Origin: Eledone cirrhosa
Lineage: Eukaryota
Length of the DNA stretch: 64,000 nt
NCBI GenBank assembly: GCA_964016885.1
Contig: OZ024744.1
Location: 17,670,001 to 17,734,000, forward strand
Reading direction: 5' to 3'
The notes under the pieces were generated by a model. The model was not told the DNA's origin. It saw only the letters and a list, made by a program, of their open reading frames with translations, and searched no databases. Shown piece after piece: positions 1 through 16,766 of this stretch. Within the stretch, counting starts at the first letter, position 1, and each line of letters starts with the position of its first letter. Position numbers and translations under genes: made by a program.

Positions 1-2035
1 CCCGAAAGACATGAGTTGAGACAACAAATTACGGCTGGAGTCCGTAAGACAGGAGTTGAGACAACATTGAGGGCAGGAGCCCCGTAAGACACGAGTTGAC
101 ACAACAATGGCGGTTGGAGCACCGTAAGACATCAGTTGAGACAGCAATGACGGCTGGAGACCCGTAAAACACGAGTTGATACAACAATGACGGCTGGAGA
201 CCTGTAAGACAGGAGTTGAGACAACAATGACGGTTGGAGCCCTGTAAGACAGGTGTTGAGACAACAATGAAGGTTGGAGCCCCGTATGACAGGAGTTGAG
301 ACAGAAATGACGGCTGGAGACACGTAAGAAAGGAGTTGAGACCTCAATGATGGCTGGAGCCCCTTAAGAGAGGAGTTGAGACAGCAATGAGGGCTGGAGC
401 CCCGTAAGACACGAATTGTGACAACAATGAGAGCTAGAGAAACGTAAAACACGAGTTGAAACAACATTTAAGGCTGCAGCCCCGTATGATAGGGTTTTAG
501 ACAACAATGACCGTTGGAGCCACGTAATACAGGATTTGAGACAACAATGACGGCTAGAGCCCCGTAAGACTGGAGTTGAGACAGCAATGACGGCTGGAGC
601 CCGTAAGACAGGTGTAGAGACAACATTGACGGCTAGAGCCCTGTAAGACAGGAGTTGAGACAGCAACGACGGCTGGAGCCCCGTAATACAGGAGTTTGAA
701 AAAGCAATGACGGCTGGAGCCCCGTAAGAGAGGAGTTGAGACAACAATCTCGGCTGGAGCTCTGTAAGACATGACTTGAGACAGCAATGACGGTTGGAAC
801 CCCGTAAAACAGGCGTTGAGACAGCAATACGGCTGGAGCACCGTAAGATAGAATTTGTGACAACAATAACGGCAGGAGCCCCAGAAGACAGGAGTTGAGG
901 CAACAATGACGGGTGGAGCACCGTAAGACTGGAGTTGAGACAACTATGAAGTCTGGAGCCACGTAAGACAGGATTTGAGACAACAATGACTGCTGGAACC
1001 CCGTAAGAATGGTGTTAAGACAACAATGACGGCTGAAGTCCTGTAAGACTGGCGTTGAAAGAACAATGATGGATGGAGCCATGTAAAACAGGAGTTGAGA
1101 CAATAATGACGGCTGCAGCCCCGTAAGAAAGGAGTTGAGACCTCAATGACGGCTGGAACCCCCTTAAGACAGGAGTTGTGACAACAACCACGGCTGGAAG
1201 CCCGTAAGACTGGAGTTGAGACAACAATGACATCTGGAGCCACGTAAGACAGGAGTTGAGACAACAATGGCGGCTGGTGCCCCATAAGACAGGAGTTGAG
1301 ACAGCAATCACGGCTGGAGCCCTGTAAGACAGGAGTTGAGACAACAAATTGCGGCTGGAGTCCATAAGACAGGAGTTGAGACAGCAATGACGGCAGGAGC
1401 TCCGTAACACATGAGTTGAGACAACAGTGACGGCTGGAGCCCCGTAAGACTGCAGTGGAGACAACAATGACGGCTGGAGCCCCGTAAGACAGGAGTTGAG
1501 ACAACAATGACGGCTGGAACCCCGTAAGACAGGAGTTGAGACAACAATGACGGCTGGAGCTCCGTAACACAGGAGTTGAGACAACAGCGACAGCTGGAGC
1601 CCGCAAGACAGGAGTTGAGACAACAATGACGGCTGGAGCCCCGTAAGACAGGAGTTGAGACAACAATGACGGCTGGAGCCCCTTAAGACAGGAGTGGTGA
1701 CATCAACCACGGCTGGAGCCCCGTAAGACTGGAGTTGAGACAACAATGACGTCTGGACCTACGTAAGACAGGCGTTGAGACAACAATGACGGCTGGAGCC
1801 ACGTAAGACAGGAGTTGAGACAACAATGACGGCTGGAGCCCCGTAAGACATTAGTTGAGACAACAATGACGGCTGGAACCCCGTAACACAGGAGTTGAGA
1901 CAACAACGACGGCTGGAGCCACGTAAGACAGGAGTTGAGACAACAACGACGGCTGGAGCTCCGTAAGACATTAGTTGAGACAACAATGACGGCTGGAGCC
2001 CCGAAACACAGGAGTTGAGACAACAATGACAGCAG
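1..2035. repeat. 40-bp minisatellite, about 50 diverged copies, consensus GACGGCTGGAGCCCCGTAAGACAGGAGTTGAGACAACAAT
   Basis: Contiguous tandem units with no spacers; the array runs off the window start. Confidence 0.97.
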
Positions 2036-2268
2036 ACAAGAACGCCTGTCTTTTTTAACAGATTCTGCTGTTATTTCTTACAATTAGAGATTTCCTATCA
2101 AAACCTGTCATCTACGGCGTAATCGATAATTACAGACTATATGGTTCGAATGTGATGAAGTCAGTGTCAGTGTTTTTATTTTCTCTTCCTTTCATTGGTT
2201 CTAATATCACAGAAAAAAAAGTAATAACAATAGTTAAAAAAAGGAAAACGAAACTACAACAAATAGAT

Positions 2269-3142
<874 letters not shown>

Positions 3143-3234
3143 AGTAATATAAAGAATCAAATATAAAGTAAAGATGCTGTAGATTTGTTGAGGTTAAAGT
3201 GGAGTGTAGAACGAGCAGTGTTTTTACACCTAAA

Positions 3235-6140
<2,906 letters not shown>

Positions 6141-6470
6141 GAACGTGAGATATCCTGACGTCACAACCTACGGCCTATATTTCTCCTCTCTTCCCGTCAG
6201 TCTCAGCGACTGTTTATAAATATATTTCCCCTCATATATTGTTGTCAGATGCAAATGTATATTTAATAGATGATTTTCAACGAATTCTATGCTGAAAACG
6301 CAATACATGGATTGGTGATGTACTCTCGGGTACATGTAGGGGCGAAGGGGTGGAACATGCGAGGGATTGGGGAGGGGGTATTCGCTTAAATTCTTATAAG
6401 CACGCGACGGTGGGGATCGGTTGTTCGTAAATATTGGATTCTTTTTTGTCACATATAATGTTTTTTTAAT

Positions 6471-6697
6471 GGTGGATTGGCAGAATCGGTAGAGCGTCGG
6501 TCAACATACTTAGCAGCATAGATTTATGGCTCTTTACGTTCTGAGTTCAAATCTCCCGGAGGTTAGCTTTACCTTTCATTCTTACGGAATCATTGAAATT
6601 AGGTACCAGTAACATACTGGAGTCGATTTATTCGACTTTCCCCTCGCCAATAATGGTGGCCTTGTGCCTAAAGTAGAAACCATTATTATAATTATTA
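6471..6697 (+). mobile_element. tRNA-derived SINE, diverged copy
   Basis: A-box-like TGGCAGAATCGG, B-box GAGTTCAAATC, shared core, and GGCCTTGTGCCTAAAGTAGAAAC-(ATT)n tail as in the other copies. Confidence 0.85.
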
Positions 6698-7105
6698 TCC
6701 CAAGTATTGAGTACTCTCATTCCCAAGTATTGAGTACTCTCATCCTCCAGCTTTTGTATCGATATGAATCACTTACAATAAAATTTCGTCGAAGATTGAC
6801 TAGAAAAATTTAATAAGAGGGGGTGGGAGGTAAATAAAAGCGGGGAGGAGGGTCGATTATTCAAGAGCTAAGAGTAGGCGTATGTAAAAGTAGGTAATTG
6901 CTGGAGTTGTGTTGTGCGCATGCGCTAAAAACATTTCACATGCGAGAGTCTGCACAGTTGTTTATATATGATGTTTCGGTTAAATGAGTTTGATATGATG
7001 CAAGGTTAATTGCCAAGTGATGCTGATGATATTGTCATTAACAGGTGTGAAAATATGTGTTTCCGTATATATCATAAAACACGGAATATGCCTAAAATAT
7101 AATAG

Positions 7106-7174
<69 letters not shown>

Positions 7175-7179
<5 letters not shown>

Positions 7180-7928
7180 CAACTAGAAATTGATTAACAT
7201 ATAAATAAACATATGAAACAATCACAGGGGATCATTTTTACAAGTGTGTAACCACACATAGCTAGGTAGGTAACTAAATAAAGTTGACTAGAACTTCAAA
7301 AATAGATACCTTATAATATGATTAATCTTCCCTGTATATATTCCATTAAAGAAATATATTTCACCAATTAATCGAATGGTAAACCACGGAGGCCGATACT
7401 TGGATTTTCAACTGTTTCTAGTTGTCGATAACCCTATTCACGCCACTGGGACGAAGCTGGTATGATGTGTGTATTTTTATTAGATACAGCACGTGTTACT
7501 GGCCAGTCGCTGATTTGAACTGCTGATTTGAACTGCGTAAACACAGATGGCTGGACTTCTTCCTTGTTGAAAATCCAAGTATCGGCCTCCGTGGTTTACC
7601 ATTCGATTAATTGGTGAAATATATTTCTTTAATGGAATATATACAGGGAAGATTAATCATATTATGAGGTATCTATTTTTGAAGTTCTGGTCAACTTTAT
7701 TTAGTTACCTACCTAGCTATGTGTGCTTACACACTTGTAAAAATTATCCCCTGTGATTGTTTCATATGTTTATTTATATGTTAATCAATTTCTAGTTGTT
7801 ATAAAATGCTCGGACCTATTCATTAGAATCTTGGAGCTTATTTTACGGGTGATATGGCGCATGCCTTTCTGGCATGACACCCATAATTTTGATTTAGATT
7901 AAATTTACTTTGATTTATCTTAATTTTG

Positions 7929-7930
<2 letters not shown>
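7175..7930 (+). mobile_element. Non-coding fold-back element (PLE-tail derivative) in (TA)n; 238-bp inverted arms 7175-7412 and 7566-7803
   Basis: Arms are near-perfect reverse complements, flanked by (TA)n, and contain an HHR. Confidence 0.8.
7559..7651 (+). ncRNA. Type I hammerhead ribozyme, U3-A8 core variant
   Basis: Stem I CTTCCTTG/CAGGGAAG; core TTGAAAA (7567-7573); stem II CCAA..TTGG; GAAA (7616); stem III ATATATTTC/GGAATATAT; AUA cleavage triplet. Confidence 0.75.
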
Positions 7931-8014
<84 letters not shown>

Positions 8015-8160
8015 TGAAAAGTATAGAAATTATTGTAGTAAGAAGCCAACAGTATTCCATAATATATATAAATAAATAAATAAATAAATATTTGCTCTAC
8101 GGTTCTTATATATTTTATATATATTTATTCTTATCGAGCCCACTTCAAATTTATTATTAT

Positions 8161-8277
<117 letters not shown>

Positions 8278-8427
8278 AATAATATATCACACGCATCACG
8301 TTAAAACTACTTTATACTTTATTTGTCAAATAATTTGTGCATGTCCATGCATTTAAATCTCTCTCTCTCTCTCCACCTTTCTCTTTATCTCCCATTCTCT
8401 CTCCATCCTGATTCTCCTTCTAAAGTG

Positions 8428-11400
8428 CTACCTAAAGAAGGGAATGAGTTGTTGTCCGGAGCGAAAGGCATCTGTCGTCAGTCCTCTCAATCTCGTCCAC
8501 CATATAACCTCTTTCACCATAGCCACTATACAGAGGAAAACCGCGTCTCTTTCGTTTTTGAAAGAAGTTGGCGGTTTGATCCTTACTCTGGACTCGGCAG
8601 TCAACTGGATTTGTCCCATACGCGACAGCAGTTGTTCTGCGTAGTTCCACAGGTCGGTTAGGCCCGGGCAGTGTACAATTGTGTGCAAGACGGTTTCAAT
8701 GCACTGCTCGCATCTTGACACGTCCTCTTGGAAGGATCCCTGCCGGGGCGTCCGGGCCTGTAGATCTTGTCTCGAACTGTTAGAGCTCCTCGGTTCCACT
8801 GCCAGGCCAGGGACCTCTGGAAGTAGTTCATAGGTCCTTGGCAGAAAGTCCTACCAAACAGACTGGTGAGTTCCTCGTCTTCGACGCCTAGAGTCTCTCC
8901 GAGCACGTCGTCGCCCTTCTGACGAACTAACCCTCTATAGAATGTCGAAGTGGAGTCTCCACTGATTGCTATGCCCGCTTGACAGATGTCTGTCAGCGCC
9001 TGAGCTCATTCAATGTGCTAGGCGCCCTTCTTCTTCTGTCTCCGCTTGACCCAGGACTGCAGCTCCGCCAGCGAGACAATTTGCGGGAAGGTCTGTCTCA
9101 CAAACGGTTCCCACACCGGTTGGTCGGTGAGCAATACCTGCAGATGCCGTAGCCTCAGCGCATGTTTGCGCATCATTATCCACGGCATTCCAAGCCCTCC
9201 GTTGGAAGGGTGCTGACAGCAGACGGATCTCCTCACCAATGGAGCCTGCTTCTTCCAAAGGAACTGGAGTAGCATGCGTTCCATCTTGGTGAGGTATTCA
9301 CGGGGACAAGGCACGACAGTCAAGCGGTAGTATATGACGGACGCTATGAAAGTGTTCGCCACCTCCGCTCAACCTTTCAAGGATAGTTTGCACTCTGCCC
9401 ACTTCTGGGTGAGCGCAAATACCTTGGCCATGACCCCGTTCCAGTTTTCTCCACCTGGAGGTCCGGACCGAACCAGACCCCGAACAATTTCACCGGTTCG
9501 TCCGTCCAGCGTCCGACAACACTCTCGGACGCCATCGGTTTGCCTCTCCACGTTCCGAGTTGCAAACCGACAGACTTGTCCGGGTTCAGTTTTGCTCCTG
9601 TGAGCCTTTTGTATTCCTGCAGGAAGTTGCCGATCGCCCCGATTTCCGAGGGTTTCGACACCATTACGGATACGTCGTCTGCATAAGCCGACGCCGCTTT
9701 CCGCAGTCTCGGTTCCAACGGGATGCCGGGATGCCCTGCAGCAGCTCCAACTTCCGCAGTAGTGGCTCCATAGTCAGCACGTACTGGATGGAGGAGAGAG
9801 GGCATCCCTGTCGGATGGAACGCGTGATTGCGAACGGCTTCGATAGGTAGCCGTTCACCTTGATCGTCGAGCAGATGTTGGTGTGCATTGCATCGATCCA
9901 GCCTCTGAAGACGGGTCCGAAACCGGCCGCCTTGAGAACCGCTTCCAAGTATCGATGGTCGACCCTATCGAACGCCTTAGACTGATCTAAATTGATCAGA
10001 GCCCCACCGAAGCCGGCTTTACATCCCACCCCCTCTATGATGTATTGCATGAGGTGGAGATTGTCGTGTATGGACCTGGTCGGGATTGCACACGTTTGCG
10101 CTTTCCCTATCAGTTTTCGACGATAAGTGCCAACCTCGTTGCCAATACCTTGGCCAAAATCTTTTACTCGGTGTTGAGCAGAACTATGGGCCTAAAGTTG
10201 CTTAGTTCGTCCCCCTTGTTCTCGTCTTTCCTGATCAGCGTTACTACGCCCCTGCCTGCAGAACTGGAAATTCTCCCGTTCTGCTGCCAGTTGCAGTAGA
10301 GAGCTTCGAGGACGCCAGAGAACAAGTCCGGCATTCCTATGTAAAACTTATAGGGTAGACCATCTAGACCGGGTGATTGGCGTTTCCAGTGGCTCAGAGC
10401 GTCCCGTATCTCAGTGGCTGTGATCGATCTTTCTCAGAACTCGGCGTCCATGCTCGAGAGACGCGGCAGGCCGTCGAGGTATGAACCGAAGTCCATTGCT
10501 CCGATTGACGCACCGCTACTCTGCTCTAACAGTTGCGCAAAGTGTCGCTGAAAGTCCGCGCACATCCGCTTGGAGTCAAGTAGCTCGCGTCCATTTTGGT
10601 CTTTCAAAGATCGAATCGTGGACTTGTTGCCACTTTTTGCCTCTGCTACTCGGGCCCAGCTAACAGCTTTTGCTCCCTCGTTTCCTAGAGCACGTGATTT
10701 ACTTCTGACCACGCAGTCTTCGTGTTTTGCGTCGAAGAAGTGGTCCAGTGTCATTCACGTTGCCACTCCTAAGCGCCTCCTCTGCCTTGGCTCCTAGTTC
10801 TGTTACTGTTTTGTTTTTCTCTAAGGTTAATTTTCTGCTAAAATCTATCGACTCTACTCTAATTGCTTTCTTGAGGGAGTACCACCATCTGTTGTTGACG
10901 ATGGCTCCCATCAACTGTTGCTTTACTAATCTACTTATCCCTTCACTGTAGGCTTTACGTGTCAGTAGCGACACGTTCAGCTTCCAGTATCCGGGTCCTT
11001 CTTGTTTATGTATTCTATCACGGTTGAATATGCAGATGACTAGTTTGTGGTCTGAATAGGCAACCATGTGCATTTGTGGACAGTTTAACATATTCTTGTC
11101 TCTCTCTCTAATAAAGAACCTGTCTAAATACGATCTAGATGTCCCGCTGCGGTTTGTCCACGTCCATTGTGGTGCAGTTGGGAAATCTAGTCGATACCTA
11201 TCGGCCAGTTGGAATTGGCCGATTAAAGTTTTGAGGCTGTTGCACCCCCTTTACTTAGACATGATCCTACATAGTCCCAACGTGCATCTAGGATACCATT
11301 CCAGTCCTCCACTAAAAGCAAGGAACGAGACGTTCCAGAAAAGACTCTAGACGCTTAAAGAAGTCTGGCCGCGATTGCCCAGTCGGGGTATAAACGGCTA

Positions 11401-13440
11401 CCAGTCTGAAGGCTCCACTTCAAACACTGTTCACGTCTAGGATTACCAGTCTACCCTCCGGGTCCAAGTGTACTTGCTGAACTTCGAGGTCCATGTTTTT
11501 CCCGAAACATGGCAGCCACTGCCTCTCCACCTCCTTGCTGACAGAGAGATGCGTAGATCTCAAAGTCATTGAAGATGGGGGTTAGTTGCTGCCTGTTGAG
11601 GATCAAGGACTCGGTGATGGCTATCACATCCATACCGTGTGACCTAATGTCGTTTAAAAGTTGGCCCTGTTTCCAGGAAATCCCTAGACCACGCACATTC
11701 ACACTTCCAACTCGTAAATTAGCCATGTTGGTGGAGAAGAGTTGGCGAAAAAGGACGAAAAGATGCACTTACCTTTTCGTTTCCTAGAGATCGAGTTGTT
11801 CAATGTCCATTTGGGTGCTGGTGGAGAAAAATTTTAATAGGACTCGGTTAATGAGTTTTTGACAGGGGTTGCGAAAATTGTTTTAATTTCTGATAGGTTT
11901 CTATCGAAACCCTTATCAGTTTTAGGTGTGGTTGAGAGTCTGCCTTGACAAAACTTTTTCCTCAGTTTCTACTTTGGGATCTTGGGAGATGACCGCCATT
12001 AGGTTTTTGTTGTTTGTGTTAATGTATGTGTATTGTTTTTTTTTGTGTGTTGTTTTGGTTTGTTGTTCATGTTGTAGTCTTCTTTTTATGGTGGGAATTT
12101 GTGTTTGGGGTGGTGTTGGTGTTTGTTTTGCTGGTAGGGGGGTGTTGATTGTGGTGGTGTTTGTGTTGTTGTTTGTGTTGGTGGTTGGTGATTGGTGTTT
12201 TTGTGGATTTGCGGTGTCTCTCTTTTAGTATTTTTGATTTCCGAGGCTCTCCTTCATCTTCACTTGAGGATGGAGAAGTAGCTTCGTCTGACGATGAATC
12301 GTCATCAGGAGCGTGCGGTAGGGGTATGTTGTGTGTGTGGTGATGGGGTTTTTGTGTGTGTGTTTGTGGTAGTGTTGGATGTGGTGGGATGGGGTGGGAC
12401 TGTGTTCCTCGGAGGAGTTGTCCGTGTTTTATGTTTTTGTTGGTTGAGTGGCTGTTTGTTTTGGTGTGTTTGCTTGTTTTGTGTGTTGTTGTTGTTGTTG
12501 TTGTGGTGGTGGTAGTGGTTGTTTTGGTGTTGTTGTTGGTAACAGTATTTTGGGGCGGGATTGTTTTATTGAAGTGTATCTGTAAAGGGCATGAGGCCTT
12601 TAGATGCGATGTACTGTTACATCAAAAGCAGTGTGGTCTCCCCTCTTCAACTGAAATGTTTATATGGCTGTTGTTGTCCACTTGCACTTTTTCAGGTATT
12701 TTGGAGATCCTCTCCGGCCTCATTTGAACCAGAATCTCCAAATGTGTACCAGCCCACGTGCGTCTGGTTGATTTCTTGATGGAGAGGATGGTGTCCTGTC
12801 ACTCCTCTAAAAATCCTGCCAATATCCACCAAACATTAATATTTGGTGGTATATTGGTTATTTTGATTTTTTGGGTTCTTTTTCCTAGGTAAGTAGGGAA
12901 AAAGGTGTATTTCTTTGAATTGATCGGCATTACTGAATACTTCTGTGCGAGGGCCTCGCTTTTGAGGAGCACCGAAATGCTCCCATACTGTCTGGCCCTC
13001 TGCATAAATTCTATATCCGGCAAAACCTCCTTCACGGTTGCTTCTATTTCCCCTTGATTGAGGAATACCGGATTTCTTGTTTCATTTGAAACAGTTCTGA
13101 AGTTAACTGTCCTTCGAAGTGTTAAAAGACGAATTTCTGGGGGTGAGTTTATCTTAAACCCACCGTTTTCTCCGAAAATGATAAATTCCTTTGCTTCAGA
13201 AAGCATCTGTCTCGCATTGAGATCCATATCGAGATCCTTGAAGTCTTGTTTGTTTATGACCGTTTGTGCAAATGTTATTTATTGGTGTTGTTGTTGTTGT
13301 TGTGGTTGTCACTTTTTTCATTTGTAGTTGTGTCTTTTTCTGAGGTTTGTTATGTCTGTTGTGAGCTGTGTGGTCCAACATGTGAGTTGCATTTTTCGCT
13401 TTCATTGCGAAACAAGTCTTTGTTTTCACTACTTGTCACC
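8428..13440 (-). mobile_element. Tx1/L1-clade non-LTR retrotransposon, near full length, decayed, 3' end missing
   Basis: ORF1 with CCHC knuckle (CF*CNSTSHLKASC near 12590-12630); ORF2 from 11727 (MANLRVGSVNVRGL, APE; SDH; GPGYWKLN); RT motifs LDQSKAFDRVDH, RQGCPLS, AYADDV; C-terminal CxxC..H..C. Confidence 0.93.
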
Positions 13441-13505
13441 ATAGTGACGTCTATACAGGCAGAGCGTGTAGCAACGTTACTCTCTGTCTGTCTGTCTCTG
13501 TCTGT

Positions 13506-13580
13506 CTGACGACGGAATGATTCTCTGTGTTTTCTTCGGAAAATATATTTATTCCATTCCAGAAACTAATTAGTTGGAAG
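13506..13580 (+). ncRNA. Hammerhead ribozyme motif in a PLE-like tail (stem I partner lost)
   Basis: CTGACGA; stem II GGAATG/CATTCC; GAAA; palindromic stem III ACTAATTAGT; the tail runs to (TA)n at about 13750. Confidence 0.55.
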
Positions 13581-13932
13581 TGATATTTTAGTAAGTAAGT
13601 TAATTTTATAATTTTCTTATTTTACGTCTCTCATATTATTGTTCTGCAACCCCATGCATTGAACCACAAAGTTACTAAGACAAAACCTATATATTTGCTA
13701 GCATTGATATGCATCTGTATGTATATATATGTTACTAGATATTAATTCTTTATATATATATATATATATAAGGAGGAGGTTATAGTTCACTTGAAGCATT
13801 GTGTAATGAGGTATAAACGTTAGAATATGTGTAATAAGGCCAAGACAATGCAGATATGGACATAGAAAAAAGAATGCAATAGTGAGAGATATTGATGAGA
13901 ATTCGTCTTTCACCTTGAATTTATTTAAATGT

Positions 13933-13967
13933 CCTTAATTTTCGAGATAATATCTCTTCTTCGGAGG
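13933..13967 (-). ncRNA. Minimal hammerhead, U4C core (copy in left pLTR)
   Basis: Reverse complement of 16618-16652. Confidence 0.55.
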
Positions 13968-14516
13968 GAAGTAAAAGTCTCAGACCAGCGTCTTAAATTT
14001 CCAATGAAGCCATGCTGACCGGAAATAGTATAGAGTTCTAACTTTAATATCAAAGAATTAAAATTAGGTGGGTAAAGAGTAGTCTCCCTTTAAGAGGGGT
14101 TTGTTTATGTTTTTGTTGTGTTTTTTAAATTTTATATGCGTGCCTGTATATGTGTGTGGGAGAAAGCATGAAGGTGTAGGTATGTGTGTGTGTGAGTGTG
14201 GGAAGATAGGTCTAATCGTAAAAGTGGGGGGTAGGTGTTATCTGGTGTTAGAACTGGTTTTGTGTGTGTATGTGTGAGAGAGAATAAGTGGAGGTGTGTG
14301 CGTGCGTGTGTGTGGGGTGTGTAAAGTGGGGCTTTAATGGATATCGACTGAAATGGATATCGACTCTCGACAACAACACCACGGAATCCACCACACCCAG
14401 ATTCCCGATATACCAACTAGATCGCCCACTCTATCCACCGCCCGCCAACCGCGAGCTGGAAGAAAAACTCTCGAGACTAAAACATTCCGTATTTAACATC
14501 TTACGGAAACAAGAAG

Positions 14517-16241
14517 ATGGCCCCTAACCTCTCCAGGACACAACAACTCGCCCTGAAGAACGTACGGAATAAGGAACTTATTTACTTACCATCCGACAAA
14601 GGTAAAGAGTTCTGCGTCATCTCTCAAGCCACATACAATAACCTAGCCTTCGAACACCTAAGCGACAGTGAACTGTACACAGTGATCCCGGACATGACCG
14701 CAGCCCAAATCGAAAAACAGACCAACTCCATTTGGTTCGATATCTGTAGGAGAAGACAACTCCCGAATAAAATTAAACTCAACTACACCACTAGAAATAG
14801 CAGACTGCCCACTTTCTACCACCTCATCAAGACCCACAAGAATAGCACTAAGACGCATATAAGACCCATCGTCTCTAGCATAGAAGGACCCCTATACAAA
14901 ATTTCCTGGCTTCTCTCCCAGGTCCTCAAGCCTCTACTCTCCACCTTCCCCGGACATGTCAGTAGCTCCGACGAAGTTATACGTAGATTACACCAACTCC
15001 AGCCAGAACAACTTAAACTTAATAAATACGCTTTTAGCCTCGACGTTGTCTCCCTCTACACTACAGTCCCCGCTCACCCAGCTGTCGATTTATTGACGGA
15101 CTGCGTGGTCGCAGAGAACATCCACTGCTACGGCCTCCACCCGACGGACATACACCAACTTTTGTCCTTCACAGTAGACAACACGTACTTCACCTTCCAC
15201 CACCACACATACAGACAGACAACAGGATTACCCATGGGATCCAGCCTCTCTGGCCTGCTGGCCATCACTTATATGAACCAGCTAGAATGCCGAGCCCTCA
15301 ACACCTGCCATTCCCATGCATTCTTCACCCGATATGTAGATGACATACTCATCCTTACATCATCCCGTGAAGAGGCAGAGAAAATATACACAACATTCTC
15401 CAGCATGGACGCCAGTATAAAGTTCAGCATAGAACACCCCGATGACCGCGGATCCCTATCCCTGCTGGACTTCCAACTCAGGGTAACAGAGGAAGGCAAC
15501 ATCCACACCTGCTTCTATAAAAAATCCGCCAGCAGGGACCTGTTCGTACATTTCAGATCGGCCCTCCCACTCGGTGCCAAGTTCGGATACATAAAGAACG
15601 AACTGGCACGTATCAAGAACAAATGCACCGACGCCAGAGACCGAGACACACACACCACACATTTCCTGGAAGTACTCAAACTGAACGGATACACGACATC
15701 CACCACAAACCGTGCCAGAAAGAACAGAGGACACCACACCCGAGGCACTAACACTTGCTTCCTGAAGCTCCCACACTTCAGTGAAGAAACAACAACAGCC
15801 ATCCGCAGAGCCATCAGACGAGAAGGTCTGGATATTCAACTGGCCCATTCGGGTCCTTCTTTGCGTGGACGGCTAGCTAAGAGACACTCCACCAGACATG
15901 ACAACTTCTGCAGACTAGCCAACTGCCCCATCAACGACACAGACCTATGCCACCAGGCTTACGTAGTTTACAGACTAGAGTGTGACAAATGCAACAACTT
16001 CTACGTAGGTAGCACCACCAGACCACTCCACATAAGAATAAAAGAACACCTCAATACTAACGCTTCCTCATTTAAGAAACACCTAGTTAAATGCAAAAAC
16101 ACTGATAAAAACATAACAGTTAGGATAGAAACTAAAGAAAGAAACCTCGGTAATCTTAGAATCAAGGAAGCACTCATTATAGATAGAACACATCCACCAA
16201 TCAATAATAGACTAGAGCTCAACACCCAATTTATAACCTGA
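14517..16241 (+). CDS. PLE reverse transcriptase + GIY-YIG endonuclease (574 aa; the N-terminus continues upstream across a frameshift and is 5'-truncated)
   Basis: SDKG, RPIVS, SLDVVSLYT, GLPMGSSLS, RYVDD, LLDF; Cys-rich linker; VVY..CDKC..YVGSTTRPLHIRIKEH; KEALII..P.IN. Confidence 0.92.
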   Translation: MAPNLSRTQQLALKNVRNKELIYLPSDKGKEFCVISQATYNNLAFEHLSDSELYTVIPDMTAAQIEKQTNSIWFDICRRRQLPNKIKLNYTTRNSRLPTFYHLIKTHKNSTKTHIRPIVSSIEGPLYKISWLLSQVLKPLLSTFPGHVSSSDEVIRRLHQLQPEQLKLNKYAFSLDVVSLYTTVPAHPAVDLLTDCVVAENIHCYGLHPTDIHQLLSFTVDNTYFTFHHHTYRQTTGLPMGSSLSGLLAITYMNQLECRALNTCHSHAFFTRYVDDILILTSSREEAEKIYTTFSSMDASIKFSIEHPDDRGSLSLLDFQLRVTEEGNIHTCFYKKSASRDLFVHFRSALPLGAKFGYIKNELARIKNKCTDARDRDTHTTHFLEVLKLNGYTTSTTNRARKNRGHHTRGTNTCFLKLPHFSEETTTAIRRAIRREGLDIQLAHSGPSLRGRLAKRHSTRHDNFCRLANCPINDTDLCHQAYVVYRLECDKCNNFYVGSTTRPLHIRIKEHLNTNASSFKKHLVKCKNTDKNITVRIETKERNLGNLRIKEALIIDRTHPPINNRLELNTQFIT

Positions 16242-16617
16242 TAGGGCCTCTAGCCCCACTTTACACACCCCACACACACGCACGCACACACCTCCACTTA
16301 TTCTCTCTCACACATACACACACAAAACCAGTTCTAACACCAGATAACACCTACCCCCCACTTTTACGATTAGACCTATCTTCCGACACTCACACACACA
16401 CATACCTACACCTTCATGCTTTCTCCCACACACATATACAGGCACGCATATAAAATTTAAAAAACACAACAAAAACATAAACAAACCCCTCTTAAAGGGA
16501 GACTACTCTTTACCCACCTAATTTTAATTCTTTGATATTAAAGTTAGAACTCTATACTATTTCCGGTCAGCATGGCTTCATTGGAAATTTAAGACGCTGG
16601 TCTGAGACTTTTACTTC

Positions 16618-16652
16618 CCTCCGAAGAAGAGATATTATCTCGAAAATTAAGG
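16618..16652 (+). ncRNA. Minimal hammerhead ribozyme, U4C core, in PLE pLTR
   Basis: CCT-CCGAAGA-A-GAGAT(ATT)ATCTC-GAAA-ATT-A-AGG; palindromic AAUU stem III. Confidence 0.55.
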
Positions 16653-16766
16653 ACATTTAAATAAATTCAAGGTGAAAGACGAATTCTCATCAATATCTCT
16701 CACTATTGCATTCTTTTTTCTATGTCCATATCTGCATTGTCTTGGCCTTATTACACATATTCTAAC

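Noticed and set aside
1-2035. CRISPR array or Cys/Ser-rich genes
   Set aside because: Units are contiguous with no unique spacers or cas genes; the ORFs arise from a stop-free 40-bp repeat
12586-12636. In-frame TGA in a zinc knuckle as selenocysteine
   Set aside because: It falls between the Cys ligands, fits CGA-to-TGA decay, and the element has many other lesions
14517-16241. Selenoprotein-type PLE or telomerase
   Set aside because: No internal TGA in the ORF; GIY-YIG and pLTRs indicate an ordinary PLE
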